A stretch of DNA of 64,000 nt, taken from contig NC_043002.1 of the NCBI RefSeq assembly GCF_006345805.1, forward strand, positions 54,188,001-54,252,000, given 5' to 3'. How positions within the stretch are numbered: position 1 is the first letter of the stretch; every line of letters starts with the position of its first letter. This DNA is from Octopus sinensis. Taxonomy: Eukaryota. Of the stretch, positions 62,221-64,000 are shown piece by piece. Below the pieces are notes generated by a model that saw only the letters and a program-made list of their open reading frames with translations, did no database searches and was not told the origin of the DNA. The translations under genes and the position numbers were made by a program.

Positions 62221-62985
62221 ATGTCTGCAAAAATTAGGATCGCCAGTGACGTCGTCAGACCTTTTAACGGCGAAGGCGATGTAGTGGCCTGGATTCAGAA
62301 AATCAGGCTGGTGGCGAGACTGCAGGGCATAAGCGACGTGGCGAGTCTTATGGCGCTGTATTTGGAAGGGAGTGCGTTGTCACTTTACCTAGAGATGGAT
62401 GTCGAAGAACGGCTCTGCGATGAGAATATAGAGCGGCGCTTGTGTGACGCATACACGGAATGCGAGTACACAGCTTTCGCTAAGCTAGGTGCAATCAGGT
62501 GGACAGGAGGCCAGGTGGATGATTTTGCATCGGAAGCTAGAAGGCTAGCGACTCTGGCCGGGTTTGCCGGAGAAGGACTGGAGAGAGCAGCCCGACTGGC
62601 GTTCGTGAATGGGTTCCCCGATGATGTAGGGATTCACCTACAACGACTGCCCGGGGTCAAAAAGATGCCATTGAGCGAACTTGTAACTCATGCTCGCGGG
62701 TTAACGAGACACTCTGGGCAGAAGGCGATAGCGATGGCGGTGACGGAGGCGCGTAAAGACGGACGACGTCCCGAGAAAGAGGTACAGAAGCCCACCGTGC
62801 AACGAGAGCGGCCGTTCTCAGGACGGTGTTTTAGATGCCAGGGACCGCACATGGCGCGGGACCGTACGCAGCCAGGGCCCGTTTGCTATCGATGCAGGCA
62901 GACAGGGCACATTGCCCGTGATTGCGGCCAGGGAAACGACCGCGGGGAAGTTGCTGCCTCTCGAACTTTCCCCTCAAACGAGTAG
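62221..62985 (+). CDS. gag: Gag with zinc knuckle(s), 254 aa
   Basis: CYRCRQTGHIARDC intact knuckle plus degenerate CFRCQGPHMARD. Confidence 0.88.
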   Translation: MSAKIRIASDVVRPFNGEGDVVAWIQKIRLVARLQGISDVASLMALYLEGSALSLYLEMDVEERLCDENIERRLCDAYTECEYTAFAKLGAIRWTGGQVDDFASEARRLATLAGFAGEGLERAARLAFVNGFPDDVGIHLQRLPGVKKMPLSELVTHARGLTRHSGQKAIAMAVTEARKDGRRPEKEVQKPTVQRERPFSGRCFRCQGPHMARDRTQPGPVCYRCRQTGHIARDCGQGNDRGEVAASRTFPSNE

Positions 62986-64000
62986 AGGCGCTATTGGAGA
63001 CGCTGCCATTGATTGACGTGGAGGCCGAGGGGGAGACGTTCAAGGCCCTTGTGGATACGGGCTGTACGACCACCCTGGTGACTTTGAGGGTGACGAAGGA
63101 ATGGAACGGGGTGTGTAGTGTCCGGGCGGTCGACGGCAGCGAAATCCGTTGCAGAGGCAGCAGCAAGGTAGAGATAGTGGTGCGCGGCGCGACGCTAAGG
63201 CTACAGGCAATTGTGGCCGAACGCGTGATAAATGGAGTTGATGTGGTGATGGGGATGGACGCCATCAACTGCCTCGGTGGCGTCAGGGTTGTGGGAAATG
63301 AGGTCACGTTCGGAAGCGTGGGGGCGTCGTGCACTGCGAGTCAGGATCGCCAGAGGGAGCAGATCCCCACGAGGGACTGCGCCGCTTACACCATCGAGGA
63401 CAAAGACTTTCAGGCGGCGTTCGATGGTCAGCGGTGGATGATAGAGTGGAAATGGAAGGACGAGCCCCCGACACTGGAGAACAGGGTGAGCTGTTACCAG
63501 CATACCCTGAAAGGCCACGCCAGGGTTGAGTTTGAAGACGAGGTGGAGAGGTGGATCGAGGAAGGGGTCCTTGTCCCTTGGAAGGAGGAGGTAGCGGGCG
63601 GAGTGCTACCCCTGATGGCGGTGGTGCAGCCTACGAAGGGAAAAGTCAGACCGGTGCTGGACTTCAGGGAGCTAAACCAGCACATATCGTGTCACACAGG
63701 AGGTGAGGCGACAGACGTTTGTGGTGAGGCATTACGTAAGTGGAGACAGTCGACTGAGGCAGCGACGATTGTCGACTTGAGATCGGCATACTTGCAGCTC
63801 CATGTGAGCGACAAACTATGGCGATATCAGCTGGTGCGGTACAAGGGCCGGACGTACTGTCTAACCAGGCTGGGTTTCGGGCTGAATTCCGCTCCGAAGA
63901 TCATGGCGGCAGTGCTTAGGTCCGTCCTAGGGAAAGACGGCAAGATTAGAAAGGCCACCAGCTCCTACATTGACGACATTTTGGTGGACGAAACTGTAGT
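62931..64000 (+). CDS. pol: Pol (protease + RT N-terminus) in the -1 frame, open to the window end; absent from the ORF track
   Basis: Hand translation: LVDTG (63048-63062), KVRPVLDFRELN, VDLRSAYLQ, RLGFGLNSAP, YIDD (63966-63977); no stop codon seen. Confidence 0.88.

Larger units (their letters stand above)
61896..64000 (+). mobile_element. Second Ty3/Gypsy-like LTR retrotransposon, running off the window
   Basis: Abrupt GC-rich TG start at 61896; gag with CCHC; PR and RT; LTR 3' end uncertain (about 62175). Confidence 0.88.

Overview
Eukaryotic, AT-rich, almost entirely transposon-derived DNA. I found no host protein-coding gene, rRNA, true tRNA or CRISPR array. The SINE families and (TA)n load look cephalopod/octopus-like (inference). 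Contents: a pogo remnant; a hAT transposase ORF; two paralogous CR1/L2-group LINEs whose ORF1 carries a CCCH finger (plus a Myb/SANT-like domain in the complete copy), each embedded in (TA)n arrays; at least eight Penelope-like element (PLE) pieces from several lineages; two Ty3/Gypsy LTR elements nested in PLE ORFs; HERO-like and R4/Dong-like RLE non-LTR fragments; an L1/Tx1 fragment; a Crypton-like element with a 141-bp terminal hairpin; SINEs, MITEs and large microsatellites. The PLE pseudo-LTRs hold five canonical hammerhead ribozymes with covariation, and three degenerate hammerheads occur elsewhere. Most notable: (1) 19 of about 21 orientable coding TE pieces lie on the + strand, suggesting a uni-strand piRNA-cluster-like locus or an intron of a minus-strand gene; (2) the Myb+CCCH LINE family with apparent (TA)n targeting, a candidate -1 frameshift and a covarying 3' stem-loop; (3) a PLE subfamily with a ribozyme, conserved 5'UTR hairpin and 68-nt intron module and no Cys-rich linker. 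All calls were made by eye from motifs; no database searches were run.
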